A stretch of DNA of 64,000 bases from Candidatus Cloacimonadales bacterium (GCA_963662655.2 CAXXTU010000002.1:416001-480000); one strand, 5' to 3'. Counted from the first letter of the stretch, positions 19,674 through 29,775 are shown. Notes: generated from the letters alone by a model not told the origin. Translations and numbers: made by a program.

Positions 19674-19775
19674 TGTGCAATATCGAATATTATACATTTT
19701 CGCTTTGACTATTCATGGATCAGAGTAATGGAGAATACAAACTGGTTCTTGGAGAGCTGCAATCAAATATAAAAC

Positions 19776-19851
19776 TGGAGCGGATGACGGGACTCGAACC
19801 CGCGACAGCCAGCTTGGGAAGCTAGTACTCTACCAACTGAGTTACATCCGC
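19776..19851 (-). tRNA. tRNA-Gly: tRNA-Gly (CCC)
   Basis: Reverse strand GCGGATGTAACTCAGTTGGTAGAGTACTAGCTTCCCAAGCTGGCTGTCGCGGGTTCGAGTCCCGTCATCCGCTCCA: 76 nt, anticodon CCC, encoded CCA. Confidence 0.97.
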
Positions 19852-19911
19852 TCGCGAGTGATTGAAAGAACGCGGCGCTGTTTGTGTCAAGTAAAATTCA
19901 TCAGGAATTCA

Positions 19912-21405
19912 TCAACGAAAATACCAGCAGATTCCCGCTTGGAAGTGCGTTTCTCTCGCAGGTAATTCCCGATACTCCCGATATTCCTCGTTCAACAGGT
20001 TGTATATGCCTCCGCTGAGCTCGAATTGCGGCTGGAAATGCCAGTTCCCCAGTATGTTTGTCAGCATGACATTCTCCATGGAGGTCTCGTCTTCGTTTTC
20101 GCGATCGTGAATGTACTGCGCCTGAAGCGTAAGATTCCAGTCCTCCTGGTTGTAGGTGATCGCGAAGAGGTTCTCGAACATTGGCATGAACGGTATCCGG
20201 TCTCCGTCTTCGTCCTGAAGGATGTTGAAGGTCAATTCATCGACGAAGTCGAACCGCTGATATGTGTAACTGAAATCAACGCCCGACCGGTTCCAGAGGA
20301 CATCTGTGAGAAATCCTTCGTAGAGCATGCTGTCCGTGTGAGCGTACGCGGTGTAATCCTTGATCCAGGTGGTGCGATTCCACACCGTGAAGGGGATCAG
20401 CATATCGACCTCGAAAGCCACCGTCATGTTGAGCGGAGCTTTCGGCTGATGTTTCTCGATATCGATGTTCTGATACGGGTTCCGGCGAATGAGCTGCATG
20501 CGGGTGAGGTTGCCGGTGTATGGCTGGTTCAGTATCTTCAGACTGGTGTTGTAGAAAATCATCTTCTGCCAGTTGAACACGATGGACGGATAGATGTGCC
20601 TGCCATCGCCACCAGCCCAGAGCCCGAGCTCTTTAAACGTCAGGAAATCCTTCTTGAAGAAGCTCAGGTTCCCCGTAATCGTGTTGTTGAGGAATCCAAG
20701 TTCGATATGGCTTCCGCTGGAGAGGCGCGGAACTTCGATGTCTCCTTTATAGAGAATATTGAAATCGTTCGCATCGCGATCCTTCAGACCGCTGATTTCC
20801 GAAGACTGCCGATAAGTGTAAAACGATATCTCCAACTGCTCGTCAACCGCGAGCAATGGACCGACGGCCACACCCTTCTTGCCGGGAAGAATCGCGCCGA
20901 AGCCGTTATTTTCCGTAACGTATTCCTGCAAGTCGCTGTCGTAGCGAGTCCAATCGTAATAAACGTCGGCGCTGTAAAGGTCCCAGGATGGCATCCAGTG
21001 GAGGTTCCCGGAGGAAGTCTCCCATCCTTTATCGTAGTTGATCGTGCGGAAATCCCCGCTGAAATTGAGCGGATTCAAGCCTTCCTTGACCGGTTCGCCG
21101 CGATACAAAGCTCTGAGACTCCCGTAATCGCGTGTTCCAAGAAATCCCTGGATCAACCCGGAAGAGGAGAGGTTCGGCATCTCCGGAGACTCCGGTTCGG
21201 AGGCGGGGTAAAAAACGTAGGCGTACGCAGCCGGTTCTTCCAGCGTCCAATACCGCGAGAGGTCGGTGTCCTTGCGGACGGAATCGGCGAAGATCTCCGT
21301 CTCGCCGGTGATAACCACTTGCGGTAGCTGGATGTCTTCCTGCCCAAAAAGTAGTGATATCGTGGCAAGAGATAGAAGGAGGATTGGGAGTATCAGGCAT
21401 TTCAT
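19912..21405 (-). CDS. Outer-membrane beta-barrel, TonB-dependent-receptor-like (short, plug not evident)
   Basis: Signal peptide, TonB-box-like QVVITG, and C-terminal NLLNEEY...AGICWYF. RBS GGAGGTG precedes the ATG at 21405. Confidence 0.65.
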   Translation of the reverse strand: MKCLILPILLLSLATISLLFGQEDIQLPQVVITGETEIFADSVRKDTDLSRYWTLEEPAAYAYVFYPASEPESPEMPNLSSSGLIQGFLGTRDYGSLRALYRGEPVKEGLNPLNFSGDFRTINYDKGWETSSGNLHWMPSWDLYSADVYYDWTRYDSDLQEYVTENNGFGAILPGKKGVAVGPLLAVDEQLEISFYTYRQSSEISGLKDRDANDFNILYKGDIEVPRLSSGSHIELGFLNNTITGNLSFFKKDFLTFKELGLWAGGDGRHIYPSIVFNWQKMIFYNTSLKILNQPYTGNLTRMQLIRRNPYQNIDIEKHQPKAPLNMTVAFEVDMLIPFTVWNRTTWIKDYTAYAHTDSMLYEGFLTDVLWNRSGVDFSYTYQRFDFVDELTFNILQDEDGDRIPFMPMFENLFAITYNQEDWNLTLQAQYIHDRENEDETSMENVMLTNILGNWHFQPQFELSGGIYNLLNEEYREYRELPARETHFQAGICWYFR

Positions 21406-21406
21406 T

Positions 21407-24295
21407 CTATTCACCTCCCAGCTTCTTCGCGAGCTCTTGTCGTTGCTGAGGTGTCAGGAATTCCTTGATCATCTCGTAGCGCTCGCGAGCTTTCGCTTCT
21501 TCGCGGATATCGACATATGCGAAGCAAGCGAGGTATTCGGCCTGGATCTTCACGTCCTCGATCTCCGGATAGAGATAGCGCACGCGCAGGAGCTCGCTGA
21601 TGGCTTCTTCGTACTGCTTCTTGTTGTACAGCACGTAACCTTTCCAGTACTGGGCCGAAGCGCGGATTTCCTTGTGCTGGCTCTTGAGCAGGTTTTCGAT
21701 GACCGGTTCGATCATCTCGCTGCTCTCGCTTCCGATCTGGTATTGAATCCAGAGAAGCTCCGCTTTTTCGCGATTCAACCCGGTCGTGAACTGCATAAAG
21801 TCGTCGTAGGTTCTCATGAAAGCAGGGTGCTTCTCGGTCTGTTGTAAGCGGAGGAGATCGAGCCAGATGCGCGCATCGTGGGAGATTTTGGAAGCCTCCG
21901 TGAGCTTCACGATCGCCGCGATGTTGTCGTTTTCCTTTTGCTTGAGCTGCGCCCAGCTATAAAGAAGTTCCTCGTTTTTTCCGGAACTCGTGCTGATCGC
22001 GGTGTAAACCTTTTCCGCGTCGCGATACTTCCCGGTTTCCGTATAGCATTTTGCCAGAAGGAGCCTCACGCCGTTCAGGTTTGTATAACCGAAGTGGTCG
22101 TTGATTATCGTTTCGCAGGTCAGGATCGCTTCTGCATAGCGTCCTTCTTCCGTGAGAGAATTCGCCTTGGCTTCCAGAAGCTTACCTTTGAAGGAGTCGC
22201 CGCCGTCGCGGTTCAGCAGGTTGTCGATCTCCCGCACAAAGTCAATTTGATCGGAGCGATTTCCGCACCACTTGATGCCGTCCAGCGCGTTGTCGAACCA
22301 GGCTTTCGGGACATACGGATAGATCAACTGTGAATAGTAGGAAGAGGCATTCTTGTAATCTCCCAGGTTGTAATAGGAATCGGCGATGCCGAGGATGGCC
22401 TTGTATTTGTCTTCGCCCGATGGTGACCCCTGAAGATACTGCTTGAAGTAATCGGCTGCAGAAACGAAGTCGTCCGCGCTGAAGGCCGCGTTGGCCGCCA
22501 TCAGGAGGAACTTGCTCCGGTCCGCGCTCGAGGCCGAGAGATCGTTGTAAAGACTGGTGGCCTTGGAATAATCGCGCAACTGGTAATAGGTCCATGCCAG
22601 GCGACTGCGCGCCTGCTCTCTCTCCGTCTCGTCCGAGGCGGAGTCGGTGGCGTTCTGGTACTGGATTTGCGCGTCACGGTAGGATTTCATTGCGAAGTAG
22701 ATATCACCTGTGAGCAGCGCTTTGCTGAATTCGATCCCACTGCCGCTCTGGATGTTGCGGAGCGAAGCCAGCGCCTGGTCGTAATCTTTCTTATGGAAAT
22801 AGATCCTCGCAATCCGCTCATGCACGAGTGGGATGTCGTCGCCTGTCGAGAGGGATTTCTGGAAATACAGGAGTGCTTGATCGTCCTGTGCCATGTTCAG
22901 CGCGATTTCTCCGAGGTAGAAATTCGCCATGCCGTTTTTGCCCGAGTCGCTCTCATCGGCGAGAAGACGCTCGAAATCGGTTTTGGCCTGACGGAAATCC
23001 CGTTTCTGGAAGCGGATCAATCCAGCCTTGAAGAGGGCTTCGTCGCGGAATTTCCCATTCGGGTACGATGTCAGGTAATTCGTGAATGCGGTGAGCGCGT
23101 CGTCCGGTTTATTCAGAAGAAAATTCGTTTCGGCGATCATGAAGCGAGCCTTTTCCCTGGAGTTGTTATCCAATAGCTCACTGAGGGCTTTCTTGAAGTT
23201 CTCGTTCGCCTTGAGGTAGGATTTCTGCTCGAAACAGTTCATGCCGAGTTGAAATCTTGCTGCGCTGATGAAGCTGCTCTCGGGATGCGACGCGATGAAC
23301 GATTCGAGGGTTTGATTGGCTGTGTCCAGCGAGGATTGCCCCTGGATTTTCGCGAGGTAGAACTGGCTGTTCGCCTTGATGTTTGATTGTGAGGAATCTT
23401 TTGCCAGCTTCTCGAACAACGGGCGTGCCTTGTCGATTTGCTCGAGGTTCATGTAGGCAAGCGCGAGGTAGTATTCGGCCGAGTCGTCCAGCTTCTCGAT
23501 GGTCTGCAACATCTCCATCGCCTGGCGGTAATCCCCCGTCTCGAAGAAAGCGGTGGCGATGATTTTCGCGTACGCGTCGTAGTATTGCGAATCGGGGGAG
23601 ATGGCTTCCTTGTTGTATGTAAGAACCGCTTTGTACTGGCCCTCATCGATCATGTTCTGAAGATAGAAGATGCGCGCCTGCTCGATGTAGGATTGAGCGC
23701 CGGGCATGTTTTCCAGGATTGTGAGCATCTCCTCGGCTTCGGCAGCCTTACCGCTTTTCAGCATGCTCTGGATCAACGCCGGATAGATTTTCGGATCGTC
23801 CTTGAAACGCAGCGCGCTTGCCAGGAGGTCGGAGGATTCCCGGTAGGTCTTCTTGAGGTAGGCGATGCGTCCCTGATAATAGAATGAGAGCCAGTTTTGT
23901 TCATGTTGTGGGAACTGACTGGTGAACTGCTGGAACAACTCTTTCGCCCTGGTGTAATCCTCCATGAAATAGCAGCACTGCGCGAGCCCAAGAATCACCT
24001 CGGCGCGAATCGAGGACTTCACATTGCCGTTGTAGAGCTTCTGGAAAATCTCACGTGACGCATCATAGCGCTTGTCGCGAAGAAGGATGTCCGCCTTGAG
24101 ATAGGAGACGTCGTTGACGAAGCGGCTTTCCGGGTACGCAGCCAGAAATTTGTCGATCTCCAGTTTCGCGATGCGATACTCTCCGTTAGCGTAGAGCTTT
24201 ACGACAAACTGCAAGTCTTCGGATTCGTTCGCGAACAGCATGCATGCTGCTAAAAGCAGGAGCAGTAAAAGGAAAATCCATTGTTTCTTCAGCAT
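21407..24295 (-). CDS. Large periplasmic TPR repeat protein (BamD/CpoB-like repeats)
   Basis: Signal peptide and TPRs along the whole 962 aa, with YPxS-type loops (AYPES, SHPES, SYPNG). Confidence 0.88.
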   Translation of the reverse strand: MLKKQWIFLLLLLLLAACMLFANESEDLQFVVKLYANGEYRIAKLEIDKFLAAYPESRFVNDVSYLKADILLRDKRYDASREIFQKLYNGNVKSSIRAEVILGLAQCCYFMEDYTRAKELFQQFTSQFPQHEQNWLSFYYQGRIAYLKKTYRESSDLLASALRFKDDPKIYPALIQSMLKSGKAAEAEEMLTILENMPGAQSYIEQARIFYLQNMIDEGQYKAVLTYNKEAISPDSQYYDAYAKIIATAFFETGDYRQAMEMLQTIEKLDDSAEYYLALAYMNLEQIDKARPLFEKLAKDSSQSNIKANSQFYLAKIQGQSSLDTANQTLESFIASHPESSFISAARFQLGMNCFEQKSYLKANENFKKALSELLDNNSREKARFMIAETNFLLNKPDDALTAFTNYLTSYPNGKFRDEALFKAGLIRFQKRDFRQAKTDFERLLADESDSGKNGMANFYLGEIALNMAQDDQALLYFQKSLSTGDDIPLVHERIARIYFHKKDYDQALASLRNIQSGSGIEFSKALLTGDIYFAMKSYRDAQIQYQNATDSASDETEREQARSRLAWTYYQLRDYSKATSLYNDLSASSADRSKFLLMAANAAFSADDFVSAADYFKQYLQGSPSGEDKYKAILGIADSYYNLGDYKNASSYYSQLIYPYVPKAWFDNALDGIKWCGNRSDQIDFVREIDNLLNRDGGDSFKGKLLEAKANSLTEEGRYAEAILTCETIINDHFGYTNLNGVRLLLAKCYTETGKYRDAEKVYTAISTSSGKNEELLYSWAQLKQKENDNIAAIVKLTEASKISHDARIWLDLLRLQQTEKHPAFMRTYDDFMQFTTGLNREKAELLWIQYQIGSESSEMIEPVIENLLKSQHKEIRASAQYWKGYVLYNKKQYEEAISELLRVRYLYPEIEDVKIQAEYLACFAYVDIREEAKARERYEMIKEFLTPQQRQELAKKLGGE

Positions 24296-24299
24296 TTTA

Positions 24300-25169
24300 T
24301 TAACCTCTCGGATTGATCTTGTAATGATGGTTCAGGTATGCGACCAGTTCATTCTCGCGATTTCTTCGCTCTCTCCATTCCCGCCAGTGCAGGCAGTGCT
24401 GGAACCAGTTACGGAAGAACTCCCAGACCGGAGTCGAATCCGTAACAAACAGATCGGATTCGTGGATCATGCAGAACATGGTCAGGAGGTCTTCGACTTC
24501 CGGCTGCTCCACGCTGGTGAAATCCAGTCCCGTTTTTACAGCTTTATCCAATAAATAAACGTTCGCGGAGTAGGAACGCTTCAAAAAACCTGTAATTTCA
24601 CTGATTTCGCTTTTTGTTTTCCGGCCTTCCGCATGAACGATGACGTTGGCAAAGCGATTATCCAGCATTTTCTTACGCGCCTTGTCGAAGTGATCCGGGC
24701 GTATCTCGGGTTGCGGTAAACGGCTTTCCCCCGTTGCGCCGACGAGTTGAGCGAACTGGTCGAACAGCTCAGATGCTTCCCTCGGTTTGGGGACGAACTC
24801 GATGTTGGAAACGCCATGCAAGCTCAGGAATACGGTCTCGCCGAATGGCGCTCCGGCGACCTTCTCCGCGCTCAAGTCGATGAGGATCGAGCATGAACTG
24901 CCGGGATTGAACTGGCTCAGCGGCAGTATTCTCACGTTGCAGCCAAATGGGATGGCTTCGAAGAACGGGTAGGAGAAATTCGGAAGATAGCAGCTCAGTC
25001 TGTTGAAGCCGCTGCTCAAGCGAGTGATGTGAGAAGCGCTTCGCAGGCACTGGTTGAAATCCTGCGGCATGAGGATACAAAGCTCCTTCCTTTCATCGAT
25101 AATACGGCTGAAAGGAATCGGATTGAATCGAGGTTTTGGTTGTATCAACGTTTTTAATCTGCTTATCAC
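24300..25169 (-). CDS. Hypothetical protein (possibly a degenerate GT-B/heptosyltransferase-like fold)
   Basis: 289-aa ORF ending 4 bp before the TPR gene. Only weak resemblance (ILIDLS, SDLFVTDST). Confidence 0.6.
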   Translation of the reverse strand: MISRLKTLIQPKPRFNPIPFSRIIDERKELCILMPQDFNQCLRSASHITRLSSGFNRLSCYLPNFSYPFFEAIPFGCNVRILPLSQFNPGSSCSILIDLSAEKVAGAPFGETVFLSLHGVSNIEFVPKPREASELFDQFAQLVGATGESRLPQPEIRPDHFDKARKKMLDNRFANVIVHAEGRKTKSEISEITGFLKRSYSANVYLLDKAVKTGLDFTSVEQPEVEDLLTMFCMIHESDLFVTDSTPVWEFFRNWFQHCLHWREWRERRNRENELVAYLNHHYKINPRG

Positions 25170-25323
25170 GGATATATCTCCCGAACTGTTCGTTCAATGG
25201 CATTTTCTCGATCACGTTTGAAAATGTCCAATTTTCTTTAGAATTTAGAAAATCTTGCCACCTCGATAGAATGGCTTTCTGCAATAGAAGCTGGAGAGGA
25301 TAGCCTTATCCTTGTGAAAATAC

Positions 25324-25352
25324 TTGACATAGGCACAAGAAATGAATATGAT
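25324..25352 (+). promoter_or_regulatory. Putative sigma70 promoter
   Basis: TTGACA-17 bp-TATGAT upstream of the beta-helix gene. Confidence 0.6.
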
Positions 25353-25416
25353 TCTTTTCGTCATAGATCGTTGCTCTCAACAATAACAAGTTACTCTTAG
25401 TATGTGGGAGGTCTCC

Positions 25417-28026
25417 ATGAGAAAGTGCCTGCTTTTCACTTTTTTTGTACTCCAGATTTTTAGTTTATTGTATTCTCAAACTCGTTTAACGCTCAATTGC
25501 CCTGCTCTGAATATCACGTATGGCACCGGGCGATGTACGTGTGATGAAAAAATGGACGGCAGGATGGAACTGTCTCCTGTTACTTTCCCGGAGCCTAGAA
25601 TTGGCTGGGCTTTGTTCAACGTATCGGCCATTCCCGAAACTGCGGTTATAGACGAAGTCGTGCTACACGTTTTTCATTCGAGCCTCGGATCAGATAACTT
25701 CATATCCTACGTTCGCAAACTAACGGTCGATCCGGTTACGTCCTCCGGCTCAACGATATTCTGGTCCAAGGGCAATGGAGCAGAGTATCTCGACATCAAT
25801 GAAGAGGATGGTTTTTGCGACGAATGGACCGAACATAACTTGGGAGGCTCCATTGTGACAGACATCATCAATGCGCCCGACGGAGAGTTCGGTATTATCT
25901 TCGATCCGCATGAAACGACTGCCGGATGGGTACGTATGAACGGACACGACTCGTCTCAATCGCCCTATCTGGAGATAATTTTTACGTGTGCTGTCTCCGG
26001 CGCAGTATCAGGAACCTGGCAGCAGATTCATTCTCCCTGTTACGTTTGTGGCGACATAGAGATAAACGAGGGAGATGAGTTGATCATCGAGCCGGGTGTT
26101 GAGGTTATCTTCAACGGATACTACAAGATGACGGTTAACGGACGCCTGGAGGCGATTGGAACCGAGAGCGAAACGATCCTGTTTACGAGCGCGTCTCCAG
26201 AGGCTGAACGGTGGCATCGGATATGTTTCCTCAATCTCGATACCAACGGCCAGGATCCGAGCGTCATCGACTATTGTCAATTCCAGTACGGTGACGGAGA
26301 CTACGGCGGTCCAGGTGGTAGCTCGGAGGACGACGGCGGGGCGATCCTGTGCGAGAACTCGTCCAATCTCACGATCTCGAACAGCGTTTTCTGCTACAAC
26401 CGGGCGAATTACGGCGGGGCAATCAGTTGCCGGTACAACTCGAACATTACGATTGAACGCTGCACCTTCTACGACAACGATACATACGAGAACTCCGGTG
26501 CGATCATGTGCATCGATGCCGATCCGACCATCACCAATTGTCTGATAACCAGCAGCAGTCACTATGGATTATGGAATCAATCGGGTGCGGGACCCACGCT
26601 TGTGAACTGCATCCTGCACGACAATACCTCCGGCTCGATTTACAACCACTCTGGCTCGATATGCCACGTAACCTATTCCGATATTGAAGGCGGATGGGAA
26701 GGCACGGGGAATATCGATATCGATCCGCAGTGGGACGAAGATTATCATCTCACCTGGAGCAATTGGCCGGACCCATCCGGGAAAACGCCCTGCATCGATA
26801 CCGGAGATCCAACAATCCTGGATATCGACGGAACTCGCAGCGATATGGGGCCCTATCGCTTCCTGCATGAGACGGATATTTCCGGGACGTGGCTCGCGGA
26901 GTGGAGTCCGATCGTCATTTCGAATTACAGCGAAGTGCTCTCCGGCAGCACACTGAATATCATGCCCGGTTGCGAAATCCTCTTTGGCGGTCGCTATTCC
27001 ATCAACGTCAGAGGGAACATGCAGGCGATCGGTACGGATGAGGATCCGATCCGCTTCGACAGCAATATCGACGGCGGAACCTGGCTGCACATGGAAGTGA
27101 CGGACATAAACAGCAACCGATCCGACACGACGCGTTTCGTTCACTGTATCTTCGAGAACGGGCAGAGCGGTACGACAAACCCGGGAGGCGCATTGTATTG
27201 CAAGAACTCGGATGCGGTTCTCGTTCAGAATTGTACGATACGCTCATGTTACGGGTATCATGGAGGGGCAATGTTCCTTCTGAACTCGGATGTTATTATC
27301 GACCATTGCCTGATCCATAACAACAGTACGAGCAACCACGGGGGGGCTGTTTATTGTAACAATTGCAGCCCGAGAATCAAGTTCTGTACCATAACCGGGA
27401 ACATTTCGGGCGATTCCGGTGCCATATTCTGTTACAACAACTCTGGGCCGCACATCGAGAATTCCATTCTTTGGGGTAACACGCCCAATGAAATAACCTT
27501 CAACAACAGCGGCGCTGATTGTGCCGTGCATATTGCCTACAGCGACCTGGACGGTGGAATCGATAATATCTACACGAACTCGAACGGCACTGTATATGCG
27601 GGAGATGGGATCATCGATGCCGATCCTTTGTTCACGGGCGATTTCGGGCTTTCATGGGAAAGCTATCCGGATCAGGATGAAGCGGTTTCTCCGTGCATCG
27701 ACGCCGGCGATCCTTCTGCCGGGTACGATCCGGACGGCACCATAGCCGATCTTGGATATCTATACTTCGACCAGTACGAGTTTACGCCATTCGTTCCGGG
27801 AGACGTTCAGATTGTCGAAACGGAGGGAAACGTACAAATCACATGGCAGGCCTCGTTGGGTGCGCAGTCATATAAAGTCTACTCCGCGGATGTTCCGGAA
27901 GGACCATATTCTGTGGATGAGACCGGTTCTTATGAGGGGACGAGTTGGTCAGCGCCATTGCCGGAAGACGGTAGGAGATTCTACTATGTTAAAGGGGTTT
28001 CGCCATCCGGAGGAGAAGCAAGATAG
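25417..28026 (+). CDS. Secreted right-handed parallel beta-helix (pectin-lyase-like/Pmp-like) protein with an internally duplicated module
   Basis: RBS GGGAGG and signal peptide. GGAI repeats. Two copies of the module SGTW...PG.E..F.G.Y...G...AIGT...I.F...YSD..GG...ID.DP...PCID.GDP..D.DGT..D.G. C-terminal FN3-like domain. Confidence 0.85.
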   Translation: MRKCLLFTFFVLQIFSLLYSQTRLTLNCPALNITYGTGRCTCDEKMDGRMELSPVTFPEPRIGWALFNVSAIPETAVIDEVVLHVFHSSLGSDNFISYVRKLTVDPVTSSGSTIFWSKGNGAEYLDINEEDGFCDEWTEHNLGGSIVTDIINAPDGEFGIIFDPHETTAGWVRMNGHDSSQSPYLEIIFTCAVSGAVSGTWQQIHSPCYVCGDIEINEGDELIIEPGVEVIFNGYYKMTVNGRLEAIGTESETILFTSASPEAERWHRICFLNLDTNGQDPSVIDYCQFQYGDGDYGGPGGSSEDDGGAILCENSSNLTISNSVFCYNRANYGGAISCRYNSNITIERCTFYDNDTYENSGAIMCIDADPTITNCLITSSSHYGLWNQSGAGPTLVNCILHDNTSGSIYNHSGSICHVTYSDIEGGWEGTGNIDIDPQWDEDYHLTWSNWPDPSGKTPCIDTGDPTILDIDGTRSDMGPYRFLHETDISGTWLAEWSPIVISNYSEVLSGSTLNIMPGCEILFGGRYSINVRGNMQAIGTDEDPIRFDSNIDGGTWLHMEVTDINSNRSDTTRFVHCIFENGQSGTTNPGGALYCKNSDAVLVQNCTIRSCYGYHGGAMFLLNSDVIIDHCLIHNNSTSNHGGAVYCNNCSPRIKFCTITGNISGDSGAIFCYNNSGPHIENSILWGNTPNEITFNNSGADCAVHIAYSDLDGGIDNIYTNSNGTVYAGDGIIDADPLFTGDFGLSWESYPDQDEAVSPCIDAGDPSAGYDPDGTIADLGYLYFDQYEFTPFVPGDVQIVETEGNVQITWQASLGAQSYKVYSADVPEGPYSVDETGSYEGTSWSAPLPEDGRRFYYVKGVSPSGGEAR

Positions 28027-28060
28027 GGGGTAGCGGATCTGGGATCGTAAATGCAGGGAG

Positions 28061-29458
28061 TTAGATCATCATACCGGGATCGAGGATGCAGGTGTTGAAA
28101 TGGGTGAAATCGTAAGCCTTTTCCTTGAATAGCTTCAAGCAGACTCCTACAACTTCCGCGTCGTAGTGAGTGCCCTGATTCTCTTCGATTTCGCGCAGCG
28201 ATCGTTCGATGCCTTTTTCTGGCCGGTACGGACGGTGGGACGAGATGCTTTCCACCACGTCGGCCACGGAGAGGATGCGGCTTTCCAGCATGATGTCTCC
28301 GGCCTTCAGTCCATTGGGATACCCGGTGCCGTCCAGGTGTTCGTGGTGTTCGAGGATCATGTTCGCGATATTCCAGGGTAGCTCGATTTCCTTGAGGATG
28401 TCGTAGCCGATCTGCGGGTGGGTTTTAATCAGCGTGAACTCGACGTCGCTGAGTCTGCCGGGGCGATTCAGGATATCGGATGGAATGAAAATCTTGCCGA
28501 TGTCATGAATAATGCTACCGTAGTAAACCGTTTCGATCTGGTCGATGGTCAGATTCATTTCCTTGGCGATCTCGACCGCGAGGTCGGCCACACGAATCTG
28601 ATGGCCGTAAGTGTAGGGATCCTTCTTCTCGATGGTCCTGGCCAGAGATCGGATTGTCTGGACCGCCATGCTTTTGACGCGGTCCTGATCCGACAGTGGC
28701 GATGGCTGGCGATTGGTGACATTCCTGCCGGTGACCTGGTATTCGATCAGCTCCGAATCGTCGTCGTGCTTCGAATAGATCGCCTGGATCGTCCACATGT
28801 ATTCGCCTGAACCGAACGGGAAATTGATGTGGAGCTGGAGTGTTTGGCTGGGATTCTCCGGAGTGAGGGAGCGAATGATCTGGTCGATCATCGAGTGGTT
28901 TTCGACCGGCAACAACTCGTGGAAATGTTTACCGAGGATTTCCTCGCGGGTCTGGTTCAGTTCCGGTATCTGTTCGTAATTTACGAACGCCGCGTGGCCT
29001 TCGGGGGTCAGTCGGAGGTGAAACTCCGTCTTATCGCTTATGAGCTGCTGGTAGCGTTCTCGCGAGAGATCGAGCGCTTTCTCCGTGGCCCGTTGTTGTG
29101 TGATGTCCATTGCGTAGTGCATGCTGCCAACGATCAAATGATCCTGATAGAAGGGAATGATTCGGAGATGCAAGACGTGTTGGGTTTCATCCGCGATGAT
29201 CATGGGGATGTCGAATTGCTGCTCCTGCCCTTCAAAAACTCTCTTGTAGATTTGCTGGAAGAAATGCAAATTCTCCGCTGAAAAGAAGTCGAACATCTTG
29301 TACTTTTTCAGTTCATCCAGGGGAAACCCGAAGAAACCGGATGCGAGTCTGTTCGCGTACGCAAACGATCCATCGCGATTCAGTATCCATACGGCCTCGA
29401 GTACATGATCAAGAAGCTGGTTGCTCTGCTCTTTCGAATTCTCCACACACAATCCCAT
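28061..29458 (-). CDS. PAS-PAS-HD-GYP cyclic-dinucleotide phosphodiesterase
   Basis: KDPYTYGH, HDIGK, HHEHLDGTGYP, VADVVE and HRPYR motifs, with two N-terminal PAS domains. Confidence 0.92.
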   Translation of the reverse strand: MGLCVENSKEQSNQLLDHVLEAVWILNRDGSFAYANRLASGFFGFPLDELKKYKMFDFFSAENLHFFQQIYKRVFEGQEQQFDIPMIIADETQHVLHLRIIPFYQDHLIVGSMHYAMDITQQRATEKALDLSRERYQQLISDKTEFHLRLTPEGHAAFVNYEQIPELNQTREEILGKHFHELLPVENHSMIDQIIRSLTPENPSQTLQLHINFPFGSGEYMWTIQAIYSKHDDDSELIEYQVTGRNVTNRQPSPLSDQDRVKSMAVQTIRSLARTIEKKDPYTYGHQIRVADLAVEIAKEMNLTIDQIETVYYGSIIHDIGKIFIPSDILNRPGRLSDVEFTLIKTHPQIGYDILKEIELPWNIANMILEHHEHLDGTGYPNGLKAGDIMLESRILSVADVVESISSHRPYRPEKGIERSLREIEENQGTHYDAEVVGVCLKLFKEKAYDFTHFNTCILDPGMMI

Positions 29459-29547
29459 TGTTTTTTATACCAATCATATCTGCACGCTTTTTTTGTCAAT
29501 GGAGACTCGCTTCCTTGAAGATGTTTAATAATGGATGGCAGTTGACA

Positions 29548-29669
29548 TCTCCGCGGGGCGGGGCGGCGGCGTAAATACCAAAGGGATTTACGAAAGCGCC
29601 GTGATGCTTTTACAATAGCATCAAAGCGCTTCGTTCGCGAAGCGAACCCGCCGCCCCGCCCCGCGGAGA
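29548..29669. repeat. Intergenic four-way-junction palindromic element, copy B (inverted relative to copy A)
   Basis: Perfect 22-bp outer stem 29548-29569/29648-29669 enclosing three hairpins (about 29571-29591, 29592-29632, 29633-29647). Confidence 0.8.
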
Positions 29670-29775
29670 CTGCCCGACACCTGCGAGCAACCACCTCGGA
29701 GAAAATGAACGGCAGATAATATATTGACATAAAGATGACAGCAACCCACTTCTTGTGCATGCTGGAGGAAGAAGA

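Noticed and set aside
19776..19851. tRNA-Gly as the attachment site of an integrated element
   Set aside because: No integrase nearby, and no duplicate of the tRNA 3' end was noticed in the window.
29530..29716. AATGGATGGCAG / AATGAACGGCAG as a target duplication around element B
   Set aside because: Two mismatches in 12 and asymmetric placement relative to the stem; copy A has no equivalent.
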